A stretch of DNA of 63,676 bases, filler included, from Lama guanicoe (Eukaryota), in the NCBI GenBank assembly GCA_013239625.1. It is 145 parts of 145 records of this genome, joined end to end, with 100 filler letters (N's around TTAATTAATTAA, not from the genome) between each part and the next. Parts side by side here need not be neighbours in the genome. Positions count along the whole stretch, not along the records: positions 60,686 to 61,026 come from PNXV01057114.1; positions 61,127 to 61,467 come from PNXV01057115.1; positions 61,568 to 61,908 come from PNXV01057116.1; positions 62,009 to 62,350 come from PNXV01057117.1; positions 62,451 to 62,792 come from PNXV01057118.1; positions 62,893 to 63,234 come from PNXV01057119.1; positions 63,335 to 63,676 come from PNXV01057120.1; 138 more parts are not named here. One strand, written 5' to 3'. Each line of letters opens with the position of its first letter. Within the stretch, counting starts at the first letter, position 1. Positions 60,586-63,676 of this stretch are shown one piece after another. The translations under genes were made by a program, and so were the position numbers. The notes beneath the pieces were generated by a model. The model did not search any database. It worked only from the letters and a program-made list of their open reading frames with translations, and had not been told where the DNA came from.

Positions 60586-63439
60586 NNNNNNNNNNNNNNN
60601 NNNNNNNNNNNNNNNNNNNNNNNNNNNNNTTAATTAATTAANNNNNNNNNNNNNNNNNNNNNNNNNNNNNNNNNNNNNNNNNNNNAGCTTTCAACAGTCA
60701 GGATGTCAGCTTTGCTGAGGGGAAACTCCTCTGCGCCTCCACCTCCCTGAGGATTCACCACGACTTCGTGAAGAAGGAAGACAGCTGACACAGAGGGAGG
60801 GCAACCAGGTCTACTCCGAGAAGCCTCACAGATCATATGGTAGAAAGGGCACTGAACAGGAAACTTCAGGACCTGCCTTATGGCACAGTAATTCCTTTTG
60901 ACCTATGCAGTACTCTCACTATGGTAAAGTCATTGAACAAAGGATTTTTTGGATATTCCCTGAGGACCAATTCTGAGGTCTAAAAAAATTCATTGGGATT
61001 ATCAGCGGTCTATAACATTAAGCAAANNNNNNNNNNNNNNNNNNNNNNNNNNNNNNNNNNNNNNNNNNNNTTAATTAATTAANNNNNNNNNNNNNNNNNN
61101 NNNNNNNNNNNNNNNNNNNNNNNNNNTCTAGTGTGCAAGCGGTGACGATGGAAGTGTGAGGTAAAGGAACCCATTTGGGCTACTCTCTTCCTCAGACTGA
61201 GCACACATGCTGGTTACGGTAGCCCTTCCAGCTTGTGGGGGAGCCCTCTGCCTCGCGGGGGACAGGGAGGCCCTCACTGGGCTGTCTTGTCGTTTCACCG
61301 CTTTCTCCTCCGTTCTCCCACCTGCCTTTTGCTTTGAGAGCTCTGTTTCTGGGGACCAGGTGAGGAGGCCTGGGGGAGGGAGGAAGGGGCGGAAGAGGCA
61401 GCCAGCATGTTCATTTCCCCTGCACCCACACGGTTACTGAGCGGACCCAGATCCCTCCGACTCTTTGNNNNNNNNNNNNNNNNNNNNNNNNNNNNNNNNN
61501 NNNNNNNNNNNTTAATTAATTAANNNNNNNNNNNNNNNNNNNNNNNNNNNNNNNNNNNNNNNNNNNNGGTCCCGCAGGGAGGGAGCAGCAAAGGAGGAAT
61601 AGCACTCATTCACTGGGTCCTTCCCTCTCCAACAGAGAGGTCGGCGGGAGGGAGGGGGAACCTCCGAGGCTCGGATCTGTACGGATCTACACCCCTTGAC
61701 TGACAGAACTAAGTTAAATGGGCACAGAGGGTCTCCACAACCCCTAGCCCTAGAGGCAAAGTGGCTGGTGGGGGAAGGGACAGGCTGCCCGAGCAGGGTG
61801 GAGGACGGGGGCAGGCTGCACAGAGGCAACCCCAGGGGGCTGCAGGGGGCTGCACGCCATGGATGAGTGGGTACACAGGGCAAAACAAACTGGGCCCTCC
61901 ATAAAATANNNNNNNNNNNNNNNNNNNNNNNNNNNNNNNNNNNNNNNNNNNNTTAATTAATTAANNNNNNNNNNNNNNNNNNNNNNNNNNNNNNNNNNNN
62001 NNNNNNNNTATATATATATATATATATAATGGGGATACACACAGTATATACATTCTGTGTATTTATATGTAACAGACATATCTTTATAGTTACAGAATGA
62101 AAAATTTCTACTGTTCGTGTAAAGAGCTTTAAAACCAGTGTATATGAGTTTCCTAACACTAACTTCAAATAAATGAATAATTACACCTACTAAGTTTAGG
62201 ACCAGTTTCTAGTAATTAAGAAAAAGCAAAAATTACCACCTCTAACTTATAGGAATAGATAAAATGAGTTTCAGAAACTTCCAGTCATTTACCTTAAGGT
62301 CTAGAAAGCTAAGGTTGGCTATTGACTAGAAAAATGCAAAAAAAAAAAAANNNNNNNNNNNNNNNNNNNNNNNNNNNNNNNNNNNNNNNNNNNNTTAATT
62401 AATTAANNNNNNNNNNNNNNNNNNNNNNNNNNNNNNNNNNNNNNNNNNNNGTGGTCTGGCTCCACCTCATAGTCACCATTCGGGCACGCTGGGGTGGTCT
62501 CTGTGATGTGAAACTTCCTACAGAAAAGGAGGCAGAAATTTGATAGGAACACTCAGGAAGAGGGGAGTAGGGGCCAGAGGGAGACAAGAGGGAAGGCAGG
62601 AGAGAGGGAGCAGGCATCAGGATGCAGTAGAGACAATGGGGAAGGAGAGGGTGGCCAGGTGAGGGGAGTGCTGAGGCCCCTCCCCAGTTGGCAGTCTGTT
62701 CCCAAAACCCACAGAGTGGGAGGACCCGGCCCAACATCAGGCCCATGCTGCCCCCAAACAACATGGGGCAGGTGGGAACAGTACCCTGTGGGNNNNNNNN
62801 NNNNNNNNNNNNNNNNNNNNNNNNNNNNNNNNNNNNTTAATTAATTAANNNNNNNNNNNNNNNNNNNNNNNNNNNNNNNNNNNNNNNNNNNNAGCAGTAA
62901 ATGGCAACATCAGTAGCCAAGCAGCCCCCCTCAGGTTGCAGGACTTGAACACCAAGGGTTGGTGGCTGTTCTGAACCGACACTTAGAACAAGGGTTAATT
63001 AAGAACATGAACATTTCAGAGATGCCCCCGCATCTGTGGGTGGAATGTTACATCTAATGCCTGCGTTACAAGTTCAAGAGGGCAGATGGCACACACAACA
63101 CAGGCTCCCTTTCCATCACTAATTCATTGTACCGTTAGAAAATGAATCCACAGCCACATGGAAGCAGCAGGGCACCTCCATTGGATGAGAAATGTCTAAA
63201 ATATGGAAAGCAACCCGAATCCGACTACTCACAGNNNNNNNNNNNNNNNNNNNNNNNNNNNNNNNNNNNNNNNNNNNNTTAATTAATTAANNNNNNNNNN
63301 NNNNNNNNNNNNNNNNNNNNNNNNNNNNNNNNNNTGAAGCACATGGTCAGTGAAGCTGGTAGAATTCTTCCCTAGTCCCTTGTGCTTCTATGACATCTTC
63401 CCCATGAAACCCAAGATGGACCATCTCGACTCTTTATCT

Positions 63440-63676
63440 TACCCCTGTGTCTGCACCCTCATGCCCCGCAAATACCTTAAATTTGATATATCACAAACCA
63501 AGTATAGGATCTTCTTTCTCCTTAAAGCCTTACTCTCCCCTAATAGGATTTGATGGACAGGACATAGGAACCCTGGAGTTGATGTGATTTCGTATCTCTG
63601 TTAGTGAAACCATCTACCCAGATGTCCAAATCAGAAACCCAGAATTCATCCTTAATCCTTTCCTCTCTCTCTCTCT
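63440..63676 (+). mobile_element. L2 fragment (degenerate)
   Basis: ccttaaatttgatatatcacaaacca..accatctacccagatgtccaaatcagaaaccca..catccttaatcctttcctctc. Confidence 0.6.

Overview
This window is not contiguous DNA. It is an artificial concatenation of about 145 short unplaced contigs (mostly 339-342 bp, in rising length order). They are joined by an invariant 100-bp spacer, N44-TTAATTAATTAA-N44, a palindromic 12-mer with TAA stops in all six frames. Neighbouring contigs are unlinked, so no gene neighbourhood or multi-gene system can be inferred, and nearly all ORFs in the supplied track are spurious or end on the spacer. The source is a placental mammal, probably a camelid, based on a tRNA-Ala-derived Vic-1-type SINE plus L1, L2, MIR, MER, MLT and Tigger1 fragments. 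Supported content: a betaretroviral ERV gag/pro junction (two CCHC knuckles, GGGAAAC slippery site, H-type pseudoknot, dUTPase start); partial tRNA-Phe(GAA) and tRNA-Ala(AGC) genes; retrocopies of SMS and DGKZ; two olfactory receptor fragments; an ERVL gag fragment; CpG-island fragments; and several tandem repeats (a ~248-bp satellite in three contigs, an 18-bp telomere-derived repeat, and a 50-bp repeat with a palindromic core). Family and gene assignments come from recalled consensus sequences, not searches. I found no convincing previously undescribed biological system; the tandem-repeat families, the ERV recoding signal and the retrocopies are the best leads.
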